Shown in pieces: positions 51,159 through 61,099 of a stretch of DNA of 64,000 nucleotides. A program made the translations under genes and the position numbers. Position 1 is the first letter of the stretch; the number at the start of each line of letters is the position of its first letter. Below the pieces are notes generated by a model. That model was given only the letters and a program-made list of their open reading frames with translations, had not been told where the DNA came from and did not search any database. Source of the DNA: Andalucia godoyi And28 (taxonomy: Eukaryota; Protista; Jakobida); NCBI GenBank assembly GCA_009859145.1, contig VRVR01000040.1, positions 99,615-163,614 on the forward strand, read 5' to 3'.

Positions 51159-53531
51159 ATGTTGCCCATGATGTTCTTGCGTAGAATAGTGCGACCTTTC
51201 GCGTCTATATATAGACGCGAAATGCCTCCACTCGGAAGTAGTACGTGGTTTGCGAGGGTACCTCGTGGATTTGAAGATTACGAAAGCACGAATTCGAGCA
51301 AGAATCCTCCGGGGAAGACAAATGATTCGCAGTCCAACACAGAGAAACCAAAGTTAGGATCTTCGCGTAACGAGTCGAATGGTCAAGGTAACCAGTCCTC
51401 TGGTGGCAGCAACAAAGGAAATAATGGCCCATTCGAATCCCTCAGTTGGCAATCAGTTGTTCCTCCATTTCTGGCGCTTGGAGTGTACTATTGGTGGATG
51501 TCGGGAAACCAAAACAAGGAGATTGATTTGTCATTTCAAGAGTTTCGGCGATATTTCCTTGAGGGTGGGTTGGTTGATAGAATTGAAGTTGTGAATGAAC
51601 ACAAAGCCCGCGTGTTCTTGAACAAGGAGAAAATCATGAAACTTATGAAAGCAGGACAGTCTCCAGATGCTGTGATGTCTTCTGTTATGGATGCAGGTCC
51701 GGAAGTAGCAAATTCGTCGAGAGCGAACCCATATGAAGACAAGTCCTATGTCGAGTTTTCTCGTGGAAGCAAATCGCAAGCAAATCCTGGGGAGAACGGG
51801 GCTCGGAAACCTGCAGTGATTTCGCTCACCGCAGCTCAAGAAGAGTCCCTTGAATATGCAAGGAGAAGGATAACGGAACATCAGCAGAAGCCATTGTTTG
51901 TGTTTCCCATTGGCTCATTAGAAATTTTTGAAGAGAGAATGCGATCGTCATTTCCAGATATTCCTGTTTCGTACGTGTCAGAGACCAACATTGGCGCGGA
52001 ATTAGCAAAACTGGCTCCATCGTTGCTTTTACTTGGATTTTTTGTATATATGTTTCGGTCTGCCTCCAAATCGCAAGGAGATATGTTTGGGGCTTTTTCC
52101 AAGAAATTTACTGCAAAGAACGAACGCGTGGCGAAGGTTACTTTCCAACAAGTGGCTGGTATGGACGAAGCCAAACAGGAAGTTATGGAATTCGTGGAGT
52201 TTCTCAAGACACCGGAACGCTTTCGGAAAGTTGGCGCAAAAATCCCGAAAGGAGCTATTCTGATGGGTCCCCCTGGAACTGGAAAGACTCTTCTTGCCAA
52301 AGCTACTGCCGGCGAAAGTGGGGTTCCATTCTTCTCGATAAGTGGCTCGGATTTCATGGAAATGTTTGTTGGGGTTGGACCTGCTCGTGTAAGGGATCTT
52401 TTCAAAGAGGCGCGCTCACAGGCGCCTTGCATCGTTTACATCGACGAAATTGATGCTATCGGCAAGCCTCGCGGTCGCGGTGGTGGTTTTGGTGGAAATG
52501 ATGAACGCGAAAACACGTTGAATCAGCTTCTAGTTGAAATGGATGGCTTTGGAGAAAACTCTGGTGTGGTGGTTTTGGCGTCCACGAACGTTCCTTTGGA
52601 TGGATTGGACCGTGCTCTTACCCGTCCTGGTCGATTTGATCGCATCATTTGGATTGATCGGCCGGAGAAATCGGAACGGGTGCAGATTTTCATGGTGCAT
52701 CTGAAAGGTATCAAGCTAAACCCAGAGGTTTCTGTTGACCGTATTGCGAATCGCTTGTCCGAATTGACACCTGGCTTCGCAGGGGCCGAGATTGCGAATG
52801 TTGTGAATGAAGGGGCGCTTATCGCTGCAAGAAGGTCTGCTGCCTCGGTGGATCTTTGCGATTTCGAGGCTGCAATTGATCGCGTAGTGGGCGGACTGGA
52901 AAGAAAATCTCGTGTTCTTTCTCCTGAGGAGAAGAAGATCGTTGCGTATCACGAGGCCGGACATGCTGTGACGGGATGGTTTCTGTCAAATTGCGATCCG
53001 TTATTGAAGGTGACCATTGTACCAAGGGGCGTTGCAGCTCTCGGATATGCACAATATCTGCCAAAGGAAGATTTCCAATACATCCGAACGGAACAGCAGC
53101 TGCTGGACTCGCTGTGCATGGCGTTGGGAGGTCGTGCCGCCGAAAAGATTTCTTTCAACCATCTGTCTACAGGTGCGCAAGATGATCTCCGACGAGTAAC
53201 GGACATGGCGTACAACGTTGTCTCTCAGTTCGGCATGGCCAGAGATGACGATCATCGGTTGGCGAATTTGAGCTTTCCACGTCCTCAGTCGGGACAGATG
53301 GAGACTCAGAAGCCATATTCAGAAGATACTGCTGCCCGCATCGACCACAATGTGAAGTCCATTGTCAACGCCGCAGCAGCCAAAACGGAGAATCTGTTAC
53401 GCGAGAAGCAGCAATACCTCAACACAGTGGCCGAGCATCTTTTGCTCAAGGAAGTGTTGCATTTTGATGATTTGGAAAAGATGCTGGGTCCTCGTCCGCG
53501 GCCTTCCGCGTCGTTCCCTATTTCAAATTGA
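51159..53531 (+). CDS. AFG3: Mitochondrial m-AAA protease (AFG3/paraplegin, FtsH family)
   Basis: Presequence-like N-terminus, two TM segments, [41 protein letters not shown] and TGAQDD. Confidence 0.93.
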   Translation: MLPMMFLRRIVRPFASIYRREMPPLGSSTWFARVPRGFEDYESTNSSKNPPGKTNDSQSNTEKPKLGSSRNESNGQGNQSSGGSNKGNNGPFESLSWQSVVPPFLALGVYYWWMSGNQNKEIDLSFQEFRRYFLEGGLVDRIEVVNEHKARVFLNKEKIMKLMKAGQSPDAVMSSVMDAGPEVANSSRANPYEDKSYVEFSRGSKSQANPGENGARKPAVISLTAAQEESLEYARRRITEHQQKPLFVFPIGSLEIFEERMRSSFPDIPVSYVSETNIGAELAKLAPSLLLLGFFVYMFRSASKSQGDMFGAFSKKFTAKNERVAKVTFQQVAGMDEAKQEVMEFVEFLKTPERFRKVGAKIPKGAILMGPPGTGKTLLAKATAGESGVPFFSISGSDFMEMFVGVGPARVRDLFKEARSQAPCIVYIDEIDAIGKPRGRGGGFGGNDERENTLNQLLVEMDGFGENSGVVVLASTNVPLDGLDRALTRPGRFDRIIWIDRPEKSERVQIFMVHLKGIKLNPEVSVDRIANRLSELTPGFAGAEIANVVNEGALIAARRSAASVDLCDFEAAIDRVVGGLERKSRVLSPEEKKIVAYHEAGHAVTGWFLSNCDPLLKVTIVPRGVAALGYAQYLPKEDFQYIRTEQQLLDSLCMALGGRAAEKISFNHLSTGAQDDLRRVTDMAYNVVSQFGMARDDDHRLANLSFPRPQSGQMETQKPYSEDTAARIDHNVKSIVNAAAAKTENLLREKQQYLNTVAEHLLLKEVLHFDDLEKMLGPRPRPSASFPISN

Positions 53532-53649
53532 ACGTAAAATCGACTATCAGCATGAGAAGTGTGAACAACAACAATAATTTTAATATTAAAAATAATGCAA
53601 AACATGCTTTTTACGCCAACAAACATTCTAAACAGGCCAAAGAAAAGAT

Positions 53650-54156
<507 letters not shown>

Positions 54157-54340
54157 TCACGGCAATCAGCAATCCAGAAAAATAGGCTGCCTCCTCAAGT
54201 CGTGGAAATCAATAGACCAAAGAAAAGAAAAAAGAGAGAAAACGAAAGAAAGGGGGAAAAGAGAAGAAAAGACAGAGAAAGAGAGAGAAACACAAAAACA
54301 ACTTTGAAGAACAAACACGAACGGAAAGAGCTTAGGATTG

Positions 54341-54450
54341 GGGTAGGGTTGGCAGGGTTTTTTTGCGAACTGTTTATGCAAACAAAGACTTCCCCAAAAA
54401 AACCCCCGACTAGGGTTCCAGATGACATCTACAGATACGCTCAAACCCTA
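54341..54450. promoter_or_regulatory. Telo-box-like TAGGGTT/AACCCTA cluster in the divergent RPS27A-RPS7 promoter
   Basis: TAGGGTT at 54344 and 54411, CAGGGTT at 54353, AAACCCTA at 54443. Confidence 0.55.
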
Positions 54451-54558
54451 GGTCCAATTGCAGGAAAATCCCCTTTCTGTTTTTCATCTCCAGCCAAGCC
54501 ACGTATTCTTTATTCAGATTTTCTGTGTTTTTCTCGTGGTTTACCTTTGCAGCACACA

Positions 54559-55385
54559 ATGGCAGCAGCAGCACCCCTCAAGGGCTATGGAAAGATCTCC
54601 AAGGGAGAGAACGGTACCCTCACATCTCTCGAGTCAAACGTTGCTAAGGTATGTGTTTTTTCCTGCTTTTCCTTTTTTGTCTTTGGCAGTACCCGGAGAG
54701 AGTTTTGTTCAATTGCGTCCGCATCCTCGCTCTTCTTTGATGAATGGTTTGTCAAGGATGACATCTTGTTTACTCCTGACTTTCCGTGGAGGTTAACATG
54801 CATGGACTGAGACTTTCCAGTGTCTACGTCAATTTCAAAGAATGTCTGCTTACAGTCTCTTTTTTTTTTTTTGCTTTTTACAATATGAAATAGGCTTTGT
54901 TCGATCTCGAGGTCAATGCCGCCGAAGCTGAGCTCCGCGCAGATCTCCACGAGCTCACCTTCGTGACTGCACGTAAGATTCCCGTTTCGTCGTCCAAGAC
55001 TGTTTTGGTCGTGATGGTGCCCTTCCGACAGCTCAAGACTTACCGCAAGGTTCACGCACGATTGGTTCGTGAGCTCGAGAAGAAGTTTTCTACTCAGGTT
55101 CTCGTTGTTCCTCAGCGCAAGATCCAGGGTGTTCCGTCGTCGATCACCACCCGCCGTCCTCGTCACCGCACTCTGACTGCCGTGCACGAGAACTGGCTTG
55201 AGGACGTTTGCTTCCCCGCTGAAGTTGTTGGAAAGCGTACCCGTGTCTCTGTCAACGGCGGAAAGTCTATCAAGGTTTTCCTTGACTCCCGCGAGAAGCT
55301 CAACGTCGAGAATCGCTTGGATGCGTTCTCCTCTGTGTACCGCCACCTGACTGGTCGCAACGTCGAGTACACGTTCCAGTCGTAA
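54559..55385 (+). CDS. RPS7: 40S ribosomal protein S7 (eS7), two exons (54559-54648, 54894-55385)
   Basis: GTATGT...AATAG intron joins ..SNVAK to ALFDLE..; RLVRELEKKFS, RPRHRTLTAVHENWLEDVCFPAEVVGKR and FSSVYRHLTGR. Confidence 0.95.
54733..54812 (+). ncRNA. Candidate intronic box C/D snoRNA
   Basis: Box C TGATGA 54738-43, CTGA at 54776 (D') and 54807 (D). The 10-nt ACATGCATGG upstream of D is complementary to conserved 18S CCAUGCAUGU. Confidence 0.55.
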
Positions 55386-55623
55386 TCCGCTTGTGTATTG
55401 AATTTGTGTTTGCTCTTAGAGTGTACGCGTTGTTGCTACTTTTCGATTCATTTTCCCTATTTTATTTCGCTTGCATCACGCACCAACAACATATTTACAA
55501 GAAGCCCGTTGCATGTGCAAGGGATGCAAAAACACATGCTGTACACCTAACACGTCTGCTACCATGAGGCTGTGCCTCCATCTTCCCCCACCCCAAAAAA
55601 GACGCAAAAAATCCCCATGTCGA

Positions 55624-55782
55624 TCATTCTTTCTTCGCGCTAGATTCGCTCGACACCTTCTTCTCGTATTCCTTCGCTTTGTCAAGCGCGTGTTGCAACC
55701 ACTCCTTCATGTCTGGGACATTGTAATTTTGTGCAACCCACACTCCAACTACTCCGCCGGCAAGAAAATGAAACAGTCCCAT
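55624..55782 (-). CDS. Short transmembrane mitochondrial protein STMP1/DUF4535-like (52 aa)
   Basis: MGLFHFLAGGVVGVWVAQNYNVPDM matches the G-x-x-x-AQNY-x-VP family pattern. Confidence 0.75.
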   Translation of the reverse strand: MGLFHFLAGGVVGVWVAQNYNVPDMKEWLQHALDKAKEYEKKVSSESSAKKE

Positions 55783-56272
55783 TTGGATTTCGAGTACCGG
55801 CTCTGGCAAAAAATCGGATGCAAATTTGCAGATATATAAGACACACGAAAACAGCAAAACCTCAAATCAGACCAAGCAGATTAACGTTCAAAGACAGGTT
55901 TTTTTTTCATAAAACACAAAAGGACCACTTGTCGGTGCTGTCGGTGTTGCCCATCATTCATCGTCGGGAGAAAAAACAGAAATTCAGCACGGTGTCTTGC
56001 CCTGTAGTCGAAGGACGAAGAAACAACAAAAAAAAATGGCGTTCTGTAACTTCCAGGCATTTTCTTTTTTTTTACAGCAGCGAAGACACGGACAAAAATC
56101 AGCTTGAGTGCTTTTTCTTCACCTAGGACCTCAGATTAAATCTTCGTGCTACCCACTTTACGTCTGAGGAAGACGTTCCTTTTTCATCACAGGCACCGCT
56201 AGGGAAAAGAGTGAGATGATGCATTGAAGAGCTCGACGCAGAGACAAAACACACGTGGCCATTATCTTCCCC

Positions 56273-56485
56273 ATGATTACGTATGCGCCTGTCGTTACAG
56301 TGATACTTGCTCTTGTTTTCGGCGTGCAGGATTTATGGCCTTTCCGCGAAAAGCAGCAGGAACACCTTCAGCGTTTGTGCACCGAATTGGATCCAGTGGA
56401 GTGTGCGCATGTCATACGGAAGCAGAAGAGTTGGAGTACGCCACCACCCTCGCAAGATCGGACTAGCATGGTGCAGCCAAGGTAA
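56273..56485 (+). CDS. Possible small protein with hydrophobic N-terminus
   Basis: ATG ORF MITYAPVVTVILALVFGVQDLWPF...; no homology recognised. Confidence 0.25.
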   Translation: MITYAPVVTVILALVFGVQDLWPFREKQQEHLQRLCTELDPVECAHVIRKQKSWSTPPPSQDRTSMVQPR

Positions 56486-56593
56486 AAAAAAACGTCCTGC
56501 AAGCACAGGTCTGGGTGCCTTCTTTTTTACAACTTTTTTTTTCTCGTGCTATTTATTCTATTTCACAAATCCAGGCAAACAGCATCCTACTAC

Positions 56594-57121
56594 TTATGCA
56601 ACAACGATTCCATCAAAGCGGTCCTTGAACCACTTAATGGAGTCACGCTTTCCGATGCGCTGCTTGGCGCCCAAGGACGAGGTTGCACGCTTGCGGGTGG
56701 CAACACGTCCTCCGTTGCGTCCAAGGACGACGTAGAAATCCATACCATAGATACCAGTCGAGGGATCATACTTGATACCGAGATCGATGTGTTCCTGAAC
56801 ACCGAAGCCAAAGTTTCCGGTTGCTGAGAAGTTGCCTTCCTTGAGCTCGAATTCCTTAACCTTCAGGCCGCGCTCCAAAAGCTCCTCTGCCTTCTCACCA
56901 CGGACGGTGACGTAGCATGCGATCTTTTCGTTTCGGCGAATCGAAAAGGTACGAACAGTGAGACGGGCACGCGACATAACAGGCTGCTGGCCAGTGAGCT
57001 GCTCAAGAACCTTTGCGGCACGAGTCAAGCGATCTCCAGACTCTCCGACGCAAATGTTCAGAACGAGCTTCTTGATCTTGATGTCCCGGTTCGGGTTAGA
57101 GGTCTTGGGATTGGGAGTCAT
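56594..57121 (-). CDS. RPL11: 60S ribosomal protein L11 (uL5)
   Basis: [67 protein letters not shown]. Confidence 0.97.
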   Translation of the reverse strand: MTPNPKTSNPNRDIKIKKLVLNICVGESGDRLTRAAKVLEQLTGQQPVMSRARLTVRTFSIRRNEKIACYVTVRGEKAEELLERGLKVKEFELKEGNFSATGNFGFGVQEHIDLGIKYDPSTGIYGMDFYVVLGRNGGRVATRKRATSSLGAKQRIGKRDSIKWFKDRFDGIVVA

Positions 57122-57240
57122 GAATCTATGTATAGCGCCACCGACAAGACAGAGCAAATTGACAACAAAAGTGCACACAATTCAGGTTAATCGGATCATT
57201 GACGGAAGGACGAGAAAGAAGGAAGGGAAAAACCTATAGC

Positions 57241-57258
57241 TAGGGTTGATAGGGTTAG
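57241..57258. promoter_or_regulatory. Tandem telo-box-like motifs upstream of RPL11
   Basis: TAGGGTTGATAGGGTTAG about 120 bp upstream of the RPL11 ATG. Confidence 0.55.
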
Positions 57259-57408
57259 CTTTCACAGTGTAGCAGCCCAAAACGACCGGACCCTGGAGAA
57301 CGACTGTCGTTAGGCTAACAACTGGAAGCTTCCAGTGTTGATTCTGCGACTTGATGCAATGAGATCGTTAAACTGGATGCACTTCTTCTCCGGTTCTCTT
57401 GCAATTCG

Positions 57409-58590
57409 ATGGACCCAATTTCAGAAACGAACGTTTTTCGAATTTGTTGTTCCGCTTCTCAGTTACTATCTTCTTTGTCGGCTACTTATCGCAGGATGTC
57501 CACCACTATGCTGTCACGGCCTATCGGGGCACTGTCGCTGAATGAAAACCATTCGCCAAGATCCGCAAAAAGCAAGGAATCTGCGAACGCTCCTGTATGT
57601 TGTTTCGAGCTACCCGTTTTGCAAGTGAAGGCCTTCTCTAATCCAACACAGCTTCGCACTCCGTTACTGGACGCAACCAACACTCCATCCGTCACTGCGC
57701 AACAAGGACCTGGGTCCAATGAATACCAACTGGCTACTGTCAGTGGAGTGCAGACTCCAACCAGCACGTCGACGGACGCAAAAACTTGGAAGTTGACGGA
57801 CTTCGACATTGGGAAACCACTGGGAAAAGGAAAGTTCGGAAACGTCTATCTTGCAAGGGAAAAGAGAACAAAATACATCGTTGCTCTAAAAGTGCTTTTC
57901 AAGAAGCAACTGAAAAAAGGTGAGGTGGAACACCAACTCCGGAGAGAGATTGAGATCCAGGCCCATCTTCGCCACAAACACATCCTGCGACTTTACGGAT
58001 ATTTTTACGACCAATCCAGAGTATATCTGATCCTTGAATATGCCGCAAAAGGAGAGCTTTACAAAGAGCTGCAGAAAAGCGGGCGCTTTACAGAGAAGCG
58101 TACTGCGCAGTACATCTGCATGTTGAGTAAGGCGCTTGCTTACTGTCACTCGAAGCACGTCATTCATCGGGACATTAAGCCAGAGAATTTACTGTTGGAC
58201 CACAAGGGAGATCTCAAGATCGCCGATTTCGGATGGTCTGTTCATGCACCCAATTCTCGACGAACAACGCTCTGCGGCACTCTAGATTATCTGCCCCCTG
58301 AGATGGTCGAAGGCAAAGAACATGATAAGAATGTTGATATTTGGTCATTAGGAGTGCTGATGTATGAATTTTTAGTCGGCCAGCCACCGTTCATGGCTGC
58401 GGGAAACACGGAAACTTTCAAGCGCATTGTCGCAGTGGATCTCAAGGTGCCGAACTACGTTTCCACTGAGGGTCGGGAACTTCTGCAAAAACTCCTCGTG
58501 AAGCAGCCTGAGAAGCGGCTGCCCCTGGAACAGGTGCTGAAGCATCCGTTTATTGTGAAGAACTGCACAAAGGAGGAGATAGATTCCTGA
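57409..58590 (+). CDS. Aurora-family Ser/Thr kinase (true start may be ATG 57496)
   Basis: [54 protein letters not shown] and [16 protein letters not shown]. Confidence 0.96.
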   Translation: MDPISETNVFRICCSASQLLSSLSATYRRMSTTMLSRPIGALSLNENHSPRSAKSKESANAPVCCFELPVLQVKAFSNPTQLRTPLLDATNTPSVTAQQGPGSNEYQLATVSGVQTPTSTSTDAKTWKLTDFDIGKPLGKGKFGNVYLAREKRTKYIVALKVLFKKQLKKGEVEHQLRREIEIQAHLRHKHILRLYGYFYDQSRVYLILEYAAKGELYKELQKSGRFTEKRTAQYICMLSKALAYCHSKHVIHRDIKPENLLLDHKGDLKIADFGWSVHAPNSRRTTLCGTLDYLPPEMVEGKEHDKNVDIWSLGVLMYEFLVGQPPFMAAGNTETFKRIVAVDLKVPNYVSTEGRELLQKLLVKQPEKRLPLEQVLKHPFIVKNCTKEEIDS

Positions 58591-59222
58591 GAAACTTGAG
58601 ATATGTGATATTTGTCGGTGTCGTTCTGTGCAGTCATTTTATGCATTAAAAATAACTGATGACTACCTTTGTGAACGAATATCATCCTGACGCTCCCATA
58701 GTATATCAGGCATGGCGAAACATTCCTAATCATCCATCTGCAGGTTTTCATCGGAACCGAGTGCGCACCCATTCCAGAAGGCGGGAGGGCCCAGTGCGCA
58801 GAAGCGTTTTTCCAAACCAGATCGTGTACGCACTTTTTTCCAGTCTCGATCCAGTCGTGCCGGACAGAACGGGGACATTGGAATGACAGTGGACCAGCGT
58901 GAATGGAAAAGGACGAACGGAATAGCAGTGTCTGAAACGTCTGGACTTGTAAGGTAAAGTATAGTTAAGTAGGGTAGCGTGCGGCACTGAGGATGTCGTC
59001 AACGATTCCCATAGCAGGCAGAAAAAATGAGGTGATAGATTGCCTCTCATTTACGAAAAGTTAAAAACTGAACAAGCACATCCAACAAGAGAGGAACGAA
59101 CACAAGCAGCTGGGGTACATCGAAACAGAAAGACAGCTTTGGGTGGTGCCAATACTTCATCTGTCAAATAAATCCACTCCAAATGACCAAAAGGCAACCA
59201 CTATCGGCCGCAGCAGCAGCAC

Positions 59223-60845
59223 CTAAAAGTCAACTGCAGGAACAAAAAGTTCCCAATCGAAATCGAATTCGTCAGGAAGCCCCTCATGTGGGCTCGAAGA
59301 AAAGGGAGAAGTAGACCATTTAAATGGAATTTGTTGATTGGCAGTGGGTCCAGAAATGCCAATGGCCGCAGCGAACTCAGACAATGCAAATGTTGTCACT
59401 TTCGAATCCGCGCCACCAAATGCATAGGGAGTGCCAGTCAACAAGTCATAACGGGACGCAACTGCATTCTTCGCGGAACCAAGACTCAGGGGATCATGCT
59501 GCCAGTCATTGAATCGAAGCAAGTTCTGGACATCCAACAACGAATGTGTGAGCGAGGCATTCCGTCCAAAGATCCTGGCACGCGGGCACTTCTGGTAGCT
59601 GAACTGGTCACCGTACTTTTCCACCATCTCTGGGTACCCAGAAATATTAAAAACCTCGGGGAAGAACGGAATGTTGTAGGACGGCCAGTACTGCTGCTCT
59701 TCAACAAACTCGCTCATGTCCCCAGTGACCATGCGGTTCGGAAGTTGCTCAGAAACGACAATCGTTCCCGGGACAAGGGGGCGATGCGGAGAAAACAGTC
59801 CGTAATTAACAATCATCCATTGATTGGAATATGTTCCAGAGTTGTACCGTCCAAAGAAGTCCACCCAGTCTTCTCCGGAATGCGATAAGATGTTCGCAAC
59901 AGCTGCACGCTGCCACGACAGGAACGAATTCGTGGTGACATACTTTCTCTGATAGTCCAAATTAAACATGTCATTTGTCGTCTCCATGATAGCAAGTCTC
60001 GCTCCCGTAACGAAGAAATCATCATGCGATGAAACAATACCAGGAGCGCTGGAGAAAGACACAATTGCAGGACTCCCCTCATCCAAAAACTGATAATGCT
60101 TGAAGATTCGGAGCATACCCCAATACGGCCTCCAAGTGGTGTGGCCAGTGATGATATCGCTGTTATTGGAAAGCAAACGAATGAAGGCGGAACAGGAAGT
60201 CATGGTGTAGGCAAGATAGTCCTTCTTTGGGGCAGCTGTTGGATCGAACAGCGAGATGAGATCCGAAATATCGTCATTGGAGTTTGTCGCGTAAATTTCT
60301 GCTTCTGCATCTGGAATGGAAGCTCCGGAAAACCGAGCATACCCGCGGACAATGCCGTCAAACTGGCCTAGGACCATGGCTTGCGCCTGCCAGTATGCGT
60401 CCTCCAAGGACGCCGAAGCCACAGCTTTGCGAACCCACAATAGCTGATTGCGGAGGAAGGCAGCGGTGTTCGGAGGCACTTTTCCAGAGCTGGATATGAA
60501 GGAGCTGTTGTAGTAATTGCGAATTTGTTGTCCGATTCTGGAAAAAGTAAGCACGCCTTCCGCGAATCCCATTGCAAGGCCCGACAAATACGGCGTCAAC
60601 TCCTTGGATGTCTCCATTCTGACATTCAGACGAGCCCACCCAATCTTCTCGACAGAATCATCGAAGGATGCAGAAGCGCCTGCCACCGAATTGCTGGCAC
60701 ACGGCAAAAGAAGACCACGGTCGCTGGCTGTCAGGACTTCAACGTCTTCGGATGCTATAAAAACACAGCTTCGCGCATAGATTGGTGCAGCGCAAACATT
60801 GCGAAACAGCACTGCAAGCACCAAAAGCACTACGAATTTCATCAT
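59223..60845 (-). CDS. Phospholipase B-like lysosomal Ntn-hydrolase (PLBD family)
   Basis: Signal peptide, SCSAFIRLL, GHTTW, SHDDFF, METTN, YNSGTYSNQWMIV, YWPSYNIPF, LRFNDWQHDPLS and GGADSK. Confidence 0.93.
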   Translation of the reverse strand: MMKFVVLLVLAVLFRNVCAAPIYARSCVFIASEDVEVLTASDRGLLLPCASNSVAGASASFDDSVEKIGWARLNVRMETSKELTPYLSGLAMGFAEGVLTFSRIGQQIRNYYNSSFISSSGKVPPNTAAFLRNQLLWVRKAVASASLEDAYWQAQAMVLGQFDGIVRGYARFSGASIPDAEAEIYATNSNDDISDLISLFDPTAAPKKDYLAYTMTSCSAFIRLLSNNSDIITGHTTWRPYWGMLRIFKHYQFLDEGSPAIVSFSSAPGIVSSHDDFFVTGARLAIMETTNDMFNLDYQRKYVTTNSFLSWQRAAVANILSHSGEDWVDFFGRYNSGTYSNQWMIVNYGLFSPHRPLVPGTIVVSEQLPNRMVTGDMSEFVEEQQYWPSYNIPFFPEVFNISGYPEMVEKYGDQFSYQKCPRARIFGRNASLTHSLLDVQNLLRFNDWQHDPLSLGSAKNAVASRYDLLTGTPYAFGGADSKVTTFALSEFAAAIGISGPTANQQIPFKWSTSPFSSSPHEGLPDEFDFDWELFVPAVDF

Positions 60846-61099
60846 TCGCTGCTTATCATCGTTACCGGATTCGAAGGAGAGGGATGAAGTTTGTCATCGA
60901 AAAGAATGAAATGCGCGTCCTACCTGCAAACGAATTGGCTCCATCACCAGACAGTCAAATACAACTGTCCACGAGGTTCTCAGAACTTGAGTCACTGCTC
61001 GAGATCAAAAAAAAGATGTCATACGAATCGGGAGAAGAGGCACCCCAAAATCTACAACGGGTCTCACCAAGAAGATCACAACTTTGACAAGGCTGTCCG

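Noticed and set aside
58655-58695. CTGATGA...CTGA as hammerhead ribozyme or C/D snoRNA
   Set aside because: Only about 35 nt between the boxes, no stem II and no GAAA.
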